Source of the DNA: Lingula anatina
Lineage: Eukaryota > Animalia > Brachiopoda
Length of the DNA stretch: 64,000 nt
NCBI GenBank assembly: GCA_051362555.1
Contig: CM120642.1
Coordinates: 25,234,001-25,298,000, forward strand
Direction of reading: 5' to 3'
Part shown: piece by piece, positions 39,680 to 53,000 of the stretch
Numbering within the stretch: the first letter of the stretch is position 1
How the letters are laid out: every line of letters starts with the position of its first letter
The notes under the pieces: generated by a model
Databases searched by the model: none
The model's input: only the letters and a program-made list of their open reading frames with translations
Told to the model about the DNA's origin: nothing
Translations under genes and position numbers: made by a program

Positions 39680-42175
39680 TTATACAGCAGTTCCCACTCC
39701 ATGTGGATCCCCCATATCATGATGACTGGACGACTTTGAAGACTTTGAGGAGACAGTGTCTCTGGACTGAGAGTCTGACTGAGTCAAGCCATTCAAGTCT
39801 ACATACAGTCTAGGTGGCTTCTTTGGGGGCAGGGGGCAGCTCTCAGTAGGTGTGGTTGGAGATTGGGCGTAGGGAGTTTGGTCTGAGGACTGTCTTGGGA
39901 AAGGGCTCCTTCTAGTGTTTGGTCCATGTTCACCTAGTGGCAGAACAGAACCTGGCAGAGGGCTACCTCTTTGTAGAGAGCCTTGTCTTTGCTTAATGTC
40001 ATATACTTGTGGACCAGGTAGAGGACTTCTTGCACCATTACTGATGTCACTTACAGGAGATAGTTTACCATCTCGAGACTTTTGTTTTGGCACAGCCCCC
40101 TTTTTTAATGAACCATCACTTCTGCTGGAAGGAATCTGCCCTTTACTACTGGAGCCCTGAGACGGGGCTGGGCTCTTACGGGGGCCTTCACTTACATTGG
40201 GTAGAGAAAAATACCCATGGTCAGAGCCTTGTGGAGGAATGGGGCTCCTATTCCTGGGAGCCCCCACCATAGGCCCCGGGCTCTGCTGGATACCATATAC
40301 TGGAGCCAGAGCAGGGTCCAATAAATGAGCTGGAGGCAGGGGGAGGGGACCCCCAGGGACGTCAGGGTAATACCCTGGATCATTTGGCATATACCCTGGG
40401 AATCCATAATACTGTTCAGGAGGACCACCCTGGGGAACATAGTCCATGTGTGGGGGTAGGTCCTGGGGGTTGATGTTATCTTCAGTATACTGATAGTCTG
40501 GGTCCCTTAATCTATAATACCCTGGTTCCTCAGGGTAGCTATGATCTACATGTAAGTCCTGTGGGTATAATTGATTGTCTGTTAGAGGGTAATAGTCTCC
40601 ATTGCCAGGGTAAAAATGTTGGTCCTCATACTCATAAGGATCTTGGTAGTTTGCATGATCATGTGGGTAATAACCACGTTTATTTGTTGACCCCATAAAA
40701 CCGAGCTCTCCTTCAGAAGTATACTCTTCAGGAATAGGATATGCTTGCTCCTTTAAAAGTTTGAGTTCAATAGGGTCAAGTTCACTTCTTCTCGTAGTCC
40801 CCGTCATTGAAGATCCACAGAGAGACTGAAGCTCGTGGTCCTCACCTCCACTGTGAGGCTTGCGGCCATTGCTGCTCCCATTACGTTTCCCATTCATGGT
40901 AGGTTTATTTGGAGAGACGTCCTTGCTTCCTTTTGGGCAAAGACACGTTCGAGCACTATAAGCTAACAGGGCAACGATCAATAAAAGTCCCAGGCCCCCG
41001 GCAGTGGTAATACCGGCAATCATACCAGCACCCATGATTACTCGGTGAGAGTTGCTCTGAGCCTGGGTAGGAGGTGCGGCGTATACTTTAAGGTTAAACG
41101 TGGCTTCACTCTGTCCTGACAGGTTCTCAGCTAAGCACTTGTAGACCCCACTGTCGTTTGAGTGGGCACTTTTGATATGAAGTGTGTTGGTGAGGTTGTA
41201 TAATCCATTTTCTGTCACATTGTACCTGTTACTGGTCGACTGAATTTCGGTCCCGTTCATAAACCAAGTGATTTTTGCCTTTGGATTGGCATATATGACA
41301 CAGTCAAATGATACGGGACTGTTTTCATTTGTGACCTTAGATGAACCATTTGTGAGAACTTTGGTAGAGCATGCGAAATTATCTGCCTCTACATCTGACC
41401 AGAGTTGGTTTTTCAGTTTCAGTGGAGAGTCACACATAGGGACGTTAGTGCCGAACTCCCAGATTAAGTCTGCATGCACCAGCCAGTGTCTCAGCCATCG
41501 TAAATGGCAATCACAATTCCAGGGATTTCCATAAATCCGCAAGATGTTAAAATTGTTTGTGAAACTTTGCTTGATTCTTGAGTCTAATCGAGCAAGGCTG
41601 TTGTGTGCTAGGTTCAGCTCTGTGAAAGACACGCCCAACCCTGAGAACGCCTCAGGTGCCACGTATGTTAACTTGCACTCGGCAAATGAAAGTTTTTCTA
41701 ATCTGGGTAAAATCAAAGCATTGTTGTCAATTCTTGCAATGGCATTACCACCCAGATTGAGTTCTCGTAGCTTGTTAAGATTTTGAAAGGTGCCTTCTGG
41801 AATATATTTTAAGTCATTTCCTTCGAGGTCAATGAGAATGAGATTGCGTAGGCTGTGAAATGCATTCTGAGATATTCTTTTTATTCGATTATTTTCAAAA
41901 TAAACCTCTTGTAAAGAAGGATATGCATCGAGATCATTGTTTCCAATAGATTCAAGTCTGTTATTTGTCACAAAAAGAAAGTGGATGCGATTCCCATTGG
42001 TCAAATTTTTTGGAATACTATGTAGATTTCGGCTTTGGCAGTGGGCTTGAAGATGAGACTTTTGGTAGATTACGTTGCAGTGGTTAGCAGCGTCCACTTG
42101 AGACAGGGAATCAATCAGCAAGAGGAAGAGAAGTGGAAAGGTTACCCAAATCAATGGACCTAGGGGAGCCATCAT
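39680..42175 (-). CDS. Type I membrane LRR-Ig protein (Kekkon/LIG-family-like), 831 aa, single coding exon
   Basis: Signal peptide, LRRNT, about 6-7 LRRs, LRRCT (GNPWNCDCHLRWL), I-set Ig (C..ANPKAKITW...DSGVYKCLAEN), TM helix, long Pro/Tyr-rich tail ending in GTAV; AATAAA about 45 nt after the stop. Confidence 0.93.
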   Translation of the reverse strand: MMAPLGPLIWVTFPLLFLLLIDSLSQVDAANHCNVIYQKSHLQAHCQSRNLHSIPKNLTNGNRIHFLFVTNNRLESIGNNDLDAYPSLQEVYFENNRIKRISQNAFHSLRNLILIDLEGNDLKYIPEGTFQNLNKLRELNLGGNAIARIDNNALILPRLEKLSFAECKLTYVAPEAFSGLGVSFTELNLAHNSLARLDSRIKQSFTNNFNILRIYGNPWNCDCHLRWLRHWLVHADLIWEFGTNVPMCDSPLKLKNQLWSDVEADNFACSTKVLTNGSSKVTNENSPVSFDCVIYANPKAKITWFMNGTEIQSTSNRYNVTENGLYNLTNTLHIKSAHSNDSGVYKCLAENLSGQSEATFNLKVYAAPPTQAQSNSHRVIMGAGMIAGITTAGGLGLLLIVALLAYSARTCLCPKGSKDVSPNKPTMNGKRNGSSNGRKPHSGGEDHELQSLCGSSMTGTTRRSELDPIELKLLKEQAYPIPEEYTSEGELGFMGSTNKRGYYPHDHANYQDPYEYEDQHFYPGNGDYYPLTDNQLYPQDLHVDHSYPEEPGYYRLRDPDYQYTEDNINPQDLPPHMDYVPQGGPPEQYYGFPGYMPNDPGYYPDVPGGPLPLPPAHLLDPALAPVYGIQQSPGPMVGAPRNRSPIPPQGSDHGYFSLPNVSEGPRKSPAPSQGSSSKGQIPSSRSDGSLKKGAVPKQKSRDGKLSPVSDISNGARSPLPGPQVYDIKQRQGSLQRGSPLPGSVLPLGEHGPNTRRSPFPRQSSDQTPYAQSPTTPTESCPLPPKKPPRLYVDLNGLTQSDSQSRDTVSSKSSKSSSHHDMGDPHGVGTAV

Positions 42176-45100
42176 CCTGGCGGCTTGGCACCGTGAAGAC
42201 AGAGCTCTGGTGAAAATGTTATCAAGTTGGGCTCAGCTTGTAATCACATTAACTCCTGATAGCCACAGTTAAATTCTCCCCGTTGCTTGGTACACTGAAC
42301 AGATGGTAATCAAGTAGTGTGCTTTTGGAAATTTCAGGAGATTTTCTTTGAAAAAAGTCAATTTACACTGATGTGTTTAGGGTATAAATTAAATCCAGGA
42401 AATGTTAGCAAACCCCTCAGATAAGTCAGCTGTTTAACAAGACGCTGGCAGACGCCAAAACAGTTTAGGTTTCACTTTTATGGTAATATCCTTTTCCTGG
42501 GCAAACCCAAGTGAATTAACAGCAACTGTTTGTATCAGGTACAGGAAGAGCACCAGGTGTTTTCTAGAATTTTTCCGTGTGTGTCACTGCAATGGCGAAT
42601 GATTTCTTTGACTCAGATGTGCAGATCAATTACACAGTAGTATTATTGAGGAGCATCCAGTGCTTTGAGCAATGGTTTGTCTGGGTGGAAAAGCCTGAAG
42701 TTGCAGCCACGTAATAACTGTCAGCATGAATTATAAATGTCCAATTAATCTTGCTCCTTCAAATATGCAAGCACACTTATGGTAATCAAGCTGGCATCAT
42801 CTCACCTGCGGGGCCAGGGGAGAAAAATTGACAAATTGCAGTGCACTTGGCAACAGTGTCCAGTTGGGAAATTAATTTTAAACGAAATCCGCTTGATTCA
42901 GTATCTTGAAGAGATAAAGGTTAGTTTAATACCTTGAATGATGACGAGTTTTGAAATGTCCAGATGGTCTGAATAATATTTCTGTCATAATTTACCAGCC
43001 GTCACTTTCTGAGAATATAAACGTCTAGAACTCCTTCGTCACATGTCTCTTCCAGCCTGGGGCTTGGATATCATATCCAGTTCAAATCACCCCTTTGTTT
43101 GGTCTATTAGCCTGATGTAAGTAGCAACTACACACTAAATTGGCTTGGTTTCCTCCACAGGAATCCTTAATGATCCTCCCTGTAGAATAAGTCTATCTCC
43201 TTTACAGAGTGGGTAAAAAAATCCATAGAAATAATCTGCTGAAATGTGCAGCAAAGATTAGTGCTCAGATGTGGATGATTGTTTTTTAGCCCTCAGCAGA
43301 ATATTGGACGTTTTTTATGGTAAAGTGAAAAACTTACTCCTTAATGAGGTGTGCTTGTCCAGTGGTTTCACTGCAGTTTTCAACCACAATTTATAAATGG
43401 TTCATTCATTAAAATTTTTGGTCCAAATCCAGATGAACAGACTTTTGATGTTTGTGGTAAGTTTCGACACCTCTAGGTATTTCCTCTTTTCTGAATTTGA
43501 CCGCTGGCTGATACTGTGATCTTGCTGCGACCCGTGAAAATGATCCTGAGGACGTCGTTGATCACACTGTTTTTTTCACGTCATACTCTGAAAAGAAAAA
43601 GATTCATCACTTAAATAAATGATTAACCACATATTCTTAACACTGAAACCGCAATTTTTTTAACACCGAAAGTAGAGATCAATTTCCCTTACTGGCTTGT
43701 GTTCTTTGAGTGCTTTGATATCTATTTTTATCATAAAGCATGCTGTGCATTGTAAACAGTAATAGGATAGTAGAACCATAAATATCAATATTACTGCTTA
43801 AAACTGCGGTTGTAGGAATTGGGATTGACGTACATAGTTTATAGGTGTACCTAACAATTTTCTCTCATGGTTTAAAGAAATGCTAGAATGCCATTCACAT
43901 TCTGAACAACATGGTTTGAATTTTTTTCAAACAACTAACACCAGTGTTAGTCAGTTGTATTACCAGTAAAACTGTACCCAACCCCTTCAAAAACTTCGAG
44001 AATTTTACCTAGGCTGACATCAGATATTTAAAACATTGACATGGCACTGGGAAAACACCCAGTATTTTGTTCTGCTAACATTCCATCCAAGAAGCTGTGG
44101 TTCTTGCTTGGTGGTTTAGAAATCAAATTTTACATCTGATTTGATTATTAATGAAGAGCATACTAATACACGATTCTCTTCAACTTTTAATTTTACCTAC
44201 CAAGTTATGGCACACTTTTTTCCCTTTCTTCAACTCTCTTGATGTGTTATCACTCCCAGATGGTTTGGCTTTTTGAAACTTATATATTTTGGGAGGATCT
44301 GTATTTTGATGGTGTGCAAAATTTCTTGGGGAGTCACAGAGGGAAGTGAGAAAAATTTTTACACAGTCTGTTATTTGTGAAGTATTTTTGCAGAATGTGA
44401 AAACTTCAGGTGATCTTGAATTCTGTTTTGTTTGTTTCACTTGATTACTTTCATTTAGTAGGTTATATTTTACTTTTTACAAATAAATAATTGAGGAGAA
44501 ATTCTGAAATAATTCCCCCCTTTGAAAAAAGTCGAGAAGGCCACATTAGTTTCTGCTAGTTGCCTTTTCTGGAAATTTAGAGATGAAAAAACTCATCAGC
44601 TTTCCTAGAGCAGTTTTAGAGTCGTCCCACAGGAGTGTCAGTGGGCTGGAATTGATAGCATTTTCCCATAATATTTTTGTTTTAATAAGGGAGGTGATGA
44701 AAAGTTATTGGGATGGAAGGGCTAATGTCATGTGAAAATAATTAGCGCGGAGGAGCAAGAAAATTTGCCCGGTCAACTTATTTTAATATAGCAAACGTAC
44801 AGTGTTCTGATGGAACAAAAGTCAAAGCCAATGACTTGGGAGTGTATTATATTTCATTTTTACAATAAGATCATGTATGTATGCTCAGCACTGACCTGAT
44901 CATTGAAACTATGTACCAGGGACCCTTGCTCTCTGTATATGCTGACCCCTGAAGAAACTTAACAGACCTTACCCTGATACCTACAAGTTTTGAGAACAAG
45001 CAGCGACTCTGTGAACACAAAACACTGGTCAATAATCAGCACCAATCAGTTCTGTTTTTCTATTGATAATCGCCTGCTGGTTGCCCATAATTCAATATGG

Positions 45101-46854
45101 GTGATATCAAAATATTGGGGAGTTTTGTCTCTGTGTTGTTTGAAGCAACAGCCCAGTGAGAGAGGAGTGTGTATAGTTATTATACTGTGTTGTTAGCTTT
45201 CCCTCTTGCTAGGATTATATTAACATCATTGGTGTGGGGAATATACAGCGTGATGGATGTTTTAGAAGTGAATCAACAATATACCTGTAATATTAATGTT
45301 ATGAATATGAAATTTCACGTTTTTGCAGATGTCTTCATTTTAATGCCAATGACAAAAATTATATTGCAGTACACCAGTAGATTATTGAAAAATAGTGTAA
45401 ACTATACCGTCTCTGGGATATACATAGCCCCTTTCTTTTGATTCATTAGTTAGCATTGCCGAGACCTTTTCTGTTGCAAAATTTGCCAGTTATTTCAGTG
45501 TTCATTGACTTTAAAAATAATTAAATTACATAAAACAGTGTCCTGCAAAAATACTTGGTCAGAAATAATATCAAAATTCCTTTAACTATCCCTAAAATGA
45601 TACAAACACCCCCAAAAAAATTCAGAACTTTTCCTACCTGACTTGTATCCCCAACTTTCAGCACAGCGCTTGCCACTGAGGGGAAGCTGTTCAACAAAAT
45701 GTCTCTAGTTATGGACTATTAAGTCTCATTATTAGATCCCATGTGATATTCATAAATGCACCCAGTTCACACGCGCACACAATACTAGTGAGAAGACGCA
45801 ATTTTAAAATGCAGCAGGGTGAGGATGTTCTATTATGTAATCAGACAATGGAATCATGCACCATTACATATAATGGCACCTGCATGGAGATGCTATCTGA
45901 CCATTCCCATAGGCAAAACACTTAATATAATACAAAACCTTGCCACAGCATTGATGCTTATTTCTTAAATTGCTATTGTCTGCCAGTGGCCTGATGTAAG
46001 CCTCTATACTGATACAGCGTTACGGCACAGAGCGGCCACTTTTATTAACTCACCTGAGTCCTCTCAGCTCTTAATATATGCTTAGAATATGTACTTCAGT
46101 ATTTTGTAGCAAACTTTAAGCGTCTCTCTCAAGAGCCCACTTTAAAACATATTCACTGCCACGCTTGCTCATATTAATATCTCCATAATTTGATGGATCA
46201 TTATTAGAAATTTGATGACATTTCATATCTGACTCAGACATCACGGCTTCCATGTTGTGTCATTATTACAATGAATGCCGCTCTATTCCTGGTTTGTCTG
46301 TCTGTCCGAGGGGTCTGCTCATTAATTCCCTTGAAACTCAAGACACAAAGCAGTGACATAATATCCCTCTGCCATGCACAATATGTTCAGGACAGATACA
46401 GCCCACATGGTGGTTAATTGCTGTAATAGATTCCAAACCAATGAACTCTTTAAGCATTGATAAGATTTCCATGCTGTCATCTTCATTGGTTCTGGCAGCA
46501 AGTTTTTTCCTCCCCCCCTTCCCTCTCCCCCTCCATCCCCTGTGGTTAAAACGGCTTATTAGATATATGAGATTGTGCAATTCAATAATTGAAGATGATT
46601 TTAAAACAGATGATAATCATGATTTAGATAGCATCAAACATATTGGTTTTAAGAAGTTGAATCCCAATGGAGATTGCTCTTTTCTAACAGTTCACTGCTC
46701 ATTGTGGATAGAAAAGGGCCCTTGAGGACATTTATGCTCACAATGGACAGCTTTTGTAATATCTTGAAATAATCATTTCTGTGATTTTCAATTTGCAGAT
46801 GAATTATTGATGTACGATCTTCTACACAGGCAAATCAAATATAAATAAGTCTAT

Positions 46855-47008
46855 GTTAGTACTCAGGAAAACCCGCACTGGCTGGAAAAAACTTGTGTTG
46901 TACAATAGAAACTAATGAAGAGCCAGTAAATTACCCATGCCGGTATATTTGAATAGGGTTTGAACTTACAGTTGCAGGCTATTCATAACCAACTGACCTA
47001 GTGGTCCC
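46855..47008 (-). mobile_element. Decayed tRNA-derived SINE
   Basis: Minus-strand A-box-like TAGGTCAGTTGG, B-box-like GTTCAAACC, then a GCGGGTTTTCCTGAGTAC core. Confidence 0.5.
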
Positions 47009-48736
47009 ATAGATCAGTACGGATATTGGATCCGACTCCCATTTGAATTGTGAGTATACATCGCCAAGTCTTGAAGATCGAAGTCCGTTACTTAATTTCC
47101 TTCATCAAATATTGTTTTCTTTTGAACATTGCTATGTACTGATTGAAATGTATTGAATGATAAAGACTTACCTTTGTCTTACGTTACATGTAGATAAAGT
47201 ATCAATATATAATTCAACAAATCAGAAAACAACCAGTGTAAACAAAAAATCCCTGGAAAATTTATCATCTAAAACTCCTGGTCAAGTGCACTCTAGTGAC
47301 ATTGCATTTGGACTAAGCATGGCAGAAACCTTTGATCTTAGAACAGGGTTGAAATAAATCATTACTAGCTATTACCAAACATGGTAGGTTTAATTAACTC
47401 TTTCCTGTTGTTGCTCTTAAGGAAAGTTCTTAATAATTCATAACAAGCAAATTCCAATATACAAGGGTGCCGCTATTTCATTAGGAGAAAACGCCTACAG
47501 GTAGTCAAGAGGCAGAATACTCTTCACCTTATTTATTGTTTGAAATAGCTCGGTTATGCCAGAAATCAGTTCATGCAAGCTGCTTTTCAATTGGAGGATA
47601 GGAGCCGTGAGCTGACCGTGCTCTTTACATATATATATATATATATCTTCTGAAATTTATTATTTCAACTGACATATTTTTTTTCATTTTGTAAATTACT
47701 TATCAGTTAATATACACTGTTTTTTGATAGAGCTTCTGTGGTCACTTTTATATCCATAATATAAAATCTTTTACAACTGACATGATGCTGAACCTTTATC
47801 TCTAAAACAATTACACTGGCATACCAACTTTACACTGAATTCTAATGTACATCTTTGCATCAGTTTATCAGATGCAGTCTTTATGAAATCAACAGATGTT
47901 TAACTACCCTATAGAGACAACTATCACTCTATCATCATAAAGAACAGACGGACCCTTTTAAAGTCAGTAAATTGACCATTACCAGTACCTAAGTAGCCTA
48001 CCTGAGATTGTAATCTCCTGCTCACTAAATTTGATTACCTGTAGTCAATTCAAATAGATGTTATCAATTACCTAATATACTACTGCAGTACATGTACATA
48101 GTACCTCAATAAAGCTGGCCATGTTTGACTTGGTGTTTTAACTTAGTTGATTATGGAATGCCTTCGTAGTTCTGAGTAATTGTGAAAATAATAATAAGAT
48201 CTACCCCCAGCTCACCAACTTTTGTATTAACAGCTTCACTAATAATGAAATAGCATTTACATGTATGTGTCAAAATTGATTAGAACAAATGATGAATTAT
48301 GTTTTATCTCTTAGATACATTTAATATTGTTAGGAAAATGTTGAAAACAGATGTATTTCCAGGAGCACTGGTTTTGAACAGTGAATTTCTATGGCAACTT
48401 ATCTTTCGGCTTGTGGGGGAAATAGTTCATAGTACTAGTACAAGCCAGGAATTCCAGACAGCTTTCACTAAACTAATGAGGACATAATACACTTTTTTTT
48501 TCTCAAGCTGACGTGCTTTGGCCATGAATGAACAGACAGAGAAAACTCTTCCAGCATTCATTCCCACTATTAGGAAGTATTCTAAGACTGTGCATCGATC
48601 ATTTAAATTACCCAGAACTGAAGCATTTCTCAAACGCAGTTGATTAGTTGGTTGTAGGCATGTGGAGAGGAAAAGTCTTCCTGGATGCTTTACAGAAATT
48701 CTGAATCAGCTACCACAGATGTTTCAGTTTATCCTG

Positions 48737-49356
48737 TGTAACCCGGATGGTTACTTAATTGTGAGCGGGTAGCAAACTTGAAAACACCGAAGACATCAAT
48801 GGTATCTCATGAAGATCTTTATTTGCTGACGGGCTACAATCTGGCACGCAGGCAGGGACAGTCACGACGATCTCCCGGGGTCTCTCTCTTTCTATCTTAG
48901 AGGCCCAGTTCTTATAGGGAGTCGTACCGATTCCTGCGTGCCGTAAACTATCAGTAACGTAAATAACTATGTCCTAACTAAACAATCGATAATAAAACTA
49001 AGTACAGGGTCTTCGACACTTGACACTGCTGCCCTGCACATGGATATATTCTCCGGGTTGGAAGGTTATATAACGCTCGGACCTGGGACTGTCTTTACCG
49101 AAATTATCCCAGGTGTGGCGACTTGTTTTTGGTGGAAGAGATCAAAAGAACCAAATGGAAATAATGAGGCCTAAGTACCTCTACGAATTTAGGATAGTCA
49201 CCGGGTCTCCCTTTTCTGTCAACTGAAAGAGGTGTACCTTTAATTATCTTAATTTATTACTTTACCGGGACTTTTGTTTCTAGTTTTGGTTTCTCTTCCG
49301 TGATTATGCATGCGTCATAAAGACAAAAACAAATTGTATAACACTACCGTGTTATA
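48737..49356 (-). mobile_element. Solo LTR, 620 bp, probably Gypsy-like
   Basis: Ends TGTAACCCGG ... CCGTGTTATA (imperfect inverted, CA>TA), 4-bp TSD CCTG on both sides, minus-strand AATAAA about 80 bp from the left end; more CpG than the flanks. Confidence 0.75.
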
Positions 49357-49976
49357 CCTGTAAATAAACCCAGCCCTTTTTTTTAGACATTTTGAAGAAG
49401 ACTGGTTTATCTTTTGGTTTAGTCCATTTGTAGTATTTTTTTATTCTCTGTGTAAATATTTGAAAATTTTGACAGGGCTGTTTATTGATTGAACTGATTA
49501 AGTAATAAAAAAACTCACTAAAGCCTTTTTCTCCATGATATCTCTTGAAAATATCAGCAAGGTAGTGATCGGATCATTATTTACTGGACATATTTATCCA
49601 TAACATTTTCTGTTAAATTTACAAAAGTTGAAGACAACTGGGCTTAATAACACCATACTAGTATGTTCATTGAAGTCAAAGTGAAAAGACCCAGGGCAGT
49701 AGGCCAAAGGAGACTTACGGTAATGACTCCATCATTTCAGTGGGCAAAAATGATCAGTCTTTCAAATTCATCATCCAAGAGTCATAAAAATTAATGAGTA
49801 TATTTGTAGTGCTTTTACTGTAAATGATAGAACTGTAGAGTATCCTGCTTTTCAATTTTGTTGCTATCACGCAATACGAATGCTATTTTGGGAAATTATG
49901 ACTTTAAAAATGCAGTATCAAATTTCACCCATTGAAAAGATGGAGTTATTACTGTAATATACACACACATCCAGTG

Positions 49977-49977
<1 letters not shown>

Positions 49978-50022
<45 letters not shown>

Positions 50023-50034
50023 CCCCCCCCCCCC
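49978..50034. repeat. (CT)n microsatellite and poly-C
   Basis: Directly visible. Confidence 0.95.
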
Positions 50035-53000
50035 ATCTCTCCCAGCATGTACATCATTAATGGTCCAAGTCATGCAACTGCAGGACACAGTGTGTTGACT
50101 ACTTTCATCTGTCTGATTACAAAACAAATTATAAACGGAAGAAAGGCATTCCTCCAGGACCAGGTATACTCTGTTATTTTATTAACTGCCAAACTTCATT
50201 TTCATTTATGGTAATGTGGGGTTGATGTGTTTAGTGACTTTAGGGAGCACCTTGGGTAATAACCATTACAGCCTAGCAACTAAGAGAAAAGGAGAAATTA
50301 CAGAGTGGAAGCTTTCCCTGTGCCATTACTCTCCAACTCAAAAGAAGGCAGTTTTTAATGACATCCTGTGCCTTAACATGGCAGTAGTCGCTCAGGTGCT
50401 TTTACTGTGGTTTTACAAGGATTTACCAAAGGATGTGTTGTATTGATTAACTAGGGAAAAAACGAGAACACAAATCAGCAAAAACACTCTTGAAGTAATG
50501 CAGTAATGCCTGTCATGTTGAAATTATTCAAGAGCATATAAATGAGAATTTTTTATTGAAGTAACTGGTTTTTGTACTTGTACATGTATATGCAACCACT
50601 TGAAACGCTATGATCAGTCAGAAAAAAAACACCATTTATTTGTCTGACTGATGCTGACATTGGGCGCCAGAGCAAGGGTTTTACTGTACTTCATGCTTGA
50701 CAAGCAATTTATGTGAGAAAAATCAAATTAATTACCTGGCTTGGATCTTTTGATGGTTGAGCTAGCTGTTCTGTTGTACTTTTACTGTTACTTTTTATCT
50801 AACATAGTTAAGTAATGTAGTGAAAAAGAGCAATTGGGCTTTGAGTGAGGTTCACTGAACAAGTCACAACTACATCCAGATGATTTTTTTATATTTGATT
50901 CAATAACTTGTGATTCAGTAACTTTTGTAATTGAATACAAGAAGTAGTGATTTTGTGTAATTCGAAAAAGGTTTACATGTTGCATATATACTTAAACAAA
51001 GCTTGCCTGAAGAAGCAAAGTCATAATCTAGTTTCTTTACATGAGATATCTTGTCCAGTCGAATTATTTTGTACTCTCATCACAATGAAGTTGAGTTCTT
51101 TAGAAGAAGACTTGCACTGAAATAAAATTCCTGCACGCAACAACAGCATTTGACTATGATGATCTGGCTATTCCATGTAAATTGGGGATTGTCTCCTACT
51201 TTTAAACTTTTCTGCTTTGTAACAGATGCACTGTTTACCACAACCTATAAAAATAAGAATACAGAAAATAATGATATACAGAAAAGAGACAAATGTACCG
51301 ATACCTTCAGAATCATAACCAGAATAACAGCTCTTTTCCTAAAATTAAGATTGACTAAACCCTTGACCTATAGATCACCTACAAACTGCAATTATTCCAA
51401 ATTATTTATGGCTAATTTATCAGTTGAGCTAGCTATCCTGTCTGCAGATGATCCCTGCTCTGTCCTGCTTTGATGCCTTGTATGCTGACAATGGGAACAT
51501 CTCCACACTTGTTGCATTGCTCATTTTGGTAACTTCTCTCTGTTCCAGTTGATGTCTCTGTTATAATACTCTCCACTTATGTTATGGATATCATATATCA
51601 GACAATTGCAAACAATATAGATATGCTGGTGGTCACAATTGTTGCTCAAATTATACACCAGGGTCTTAACATGGATTCGGGGTTTGACTCAGTCTGTGGA
51701 AAATTTCCCTTCATAGATCAGTTAGAGAAACCCCCAAGTCCAGATATTGGGCCTGTTGCATTCTAAGTAAGAAATGGGGATGATTTGTTAAATTTTGCTG
51801 TACTCGCATCTACAGCTAATTAATAATGATACTAATAATAAGTCTAAAAAAACAACAAGTAGATTATTGTCATTTTCACGTTGTGGTTTTGAATAACCTG
51901 CTGATGGTTAAGAAGACAGATGCTGTTATTTAGTGGACTTCAATCGATTTCAATGAAAGTAAAAAATTTTGTCTGTTCATGCTGCTAACTTTCACCTTTT
52001 TTTTGCACTGCCCCCTGGTGTAGGACTTGGAGATTCTAATCATGTTTATTGATGAATGTAAGCGAACAGATTTTATTACGTGTTATCTTTGACAACTCCT
52101 CACCACAGCTGAACATTTCCCAGATGAAAGATAAAAATCCTTTGTTACATATCGGGGAATTAGTAGATTATACATGGCGATGTTTCTAATTGGATACTTG
52201 ATAGGACGAGTGGAAATGAACGTAGTTTTTTTTTTTTTTTTACCCTTTTCAATATCATACCACAGTATACATTATCTTTGTGTCAATTCATAATTCCTTG
52301 ATAGACAGTGATGTCATCTTAAGTGATTATTGAGATAAGATAAATAAAATGAGGAAATAAGCACATATGCTGTATCTTCTTTTAATTAAAAAAACTATTC
52401 CACTCGCAGCATGATGCTGCTTCATTTGGTCTCCAAGTATTCTTCTTGTAATGTTAGAAAACAAGTTAAAATTAACTCATATGTTTTGGGGAATAGATTT
52501 TTTGTGGAAATTAAAACCATGACTAATCTGATAAACTTACTACTTGATCATTAGAACCTCTCTTAATGTGCATTATTCAGTGTCATTGAAAGTAATTTTC
52601 AGCATGTCAGCTTACTGTGAATCTAAATCAGATGCCATTCACTTTGTGTTCTATCTCTGCTGCTCAAACCACAATGTCTTTTGGCTTAAAAAAAACTGCC
52701 AATAAGGAAGCCCAGCATTAATATGTGCTTATCATGTCAGTGAAATTGTGTAAGATTTAGGAAGGAACTGCCAACCTTAACACCTTCCTGTGTGAGTAGT
52801 CTGCACTTAGACATTATGGAATCCCATTAAGATGGCTTTTGTTTGGTCTTTATCTTTATTGCTAACCCAAAACACAAACAGCATGAGATAGATACACACA
52901 GTAGATAAGCTGTGTAAATATTCAGTGACTTGGTATTTAGTAATTATTAATAGAAGTACGTTTTGCAGACATATGAGGTATTTTGTCAGCTTCATGTATT

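Noticed and set aside
39915-41786. Plus-strand and alternative-frame ORFs within the LRR-Ig gene
   Set aside because: Shadow ORFs of the real CDS; they carry no YIPF5 motifs.
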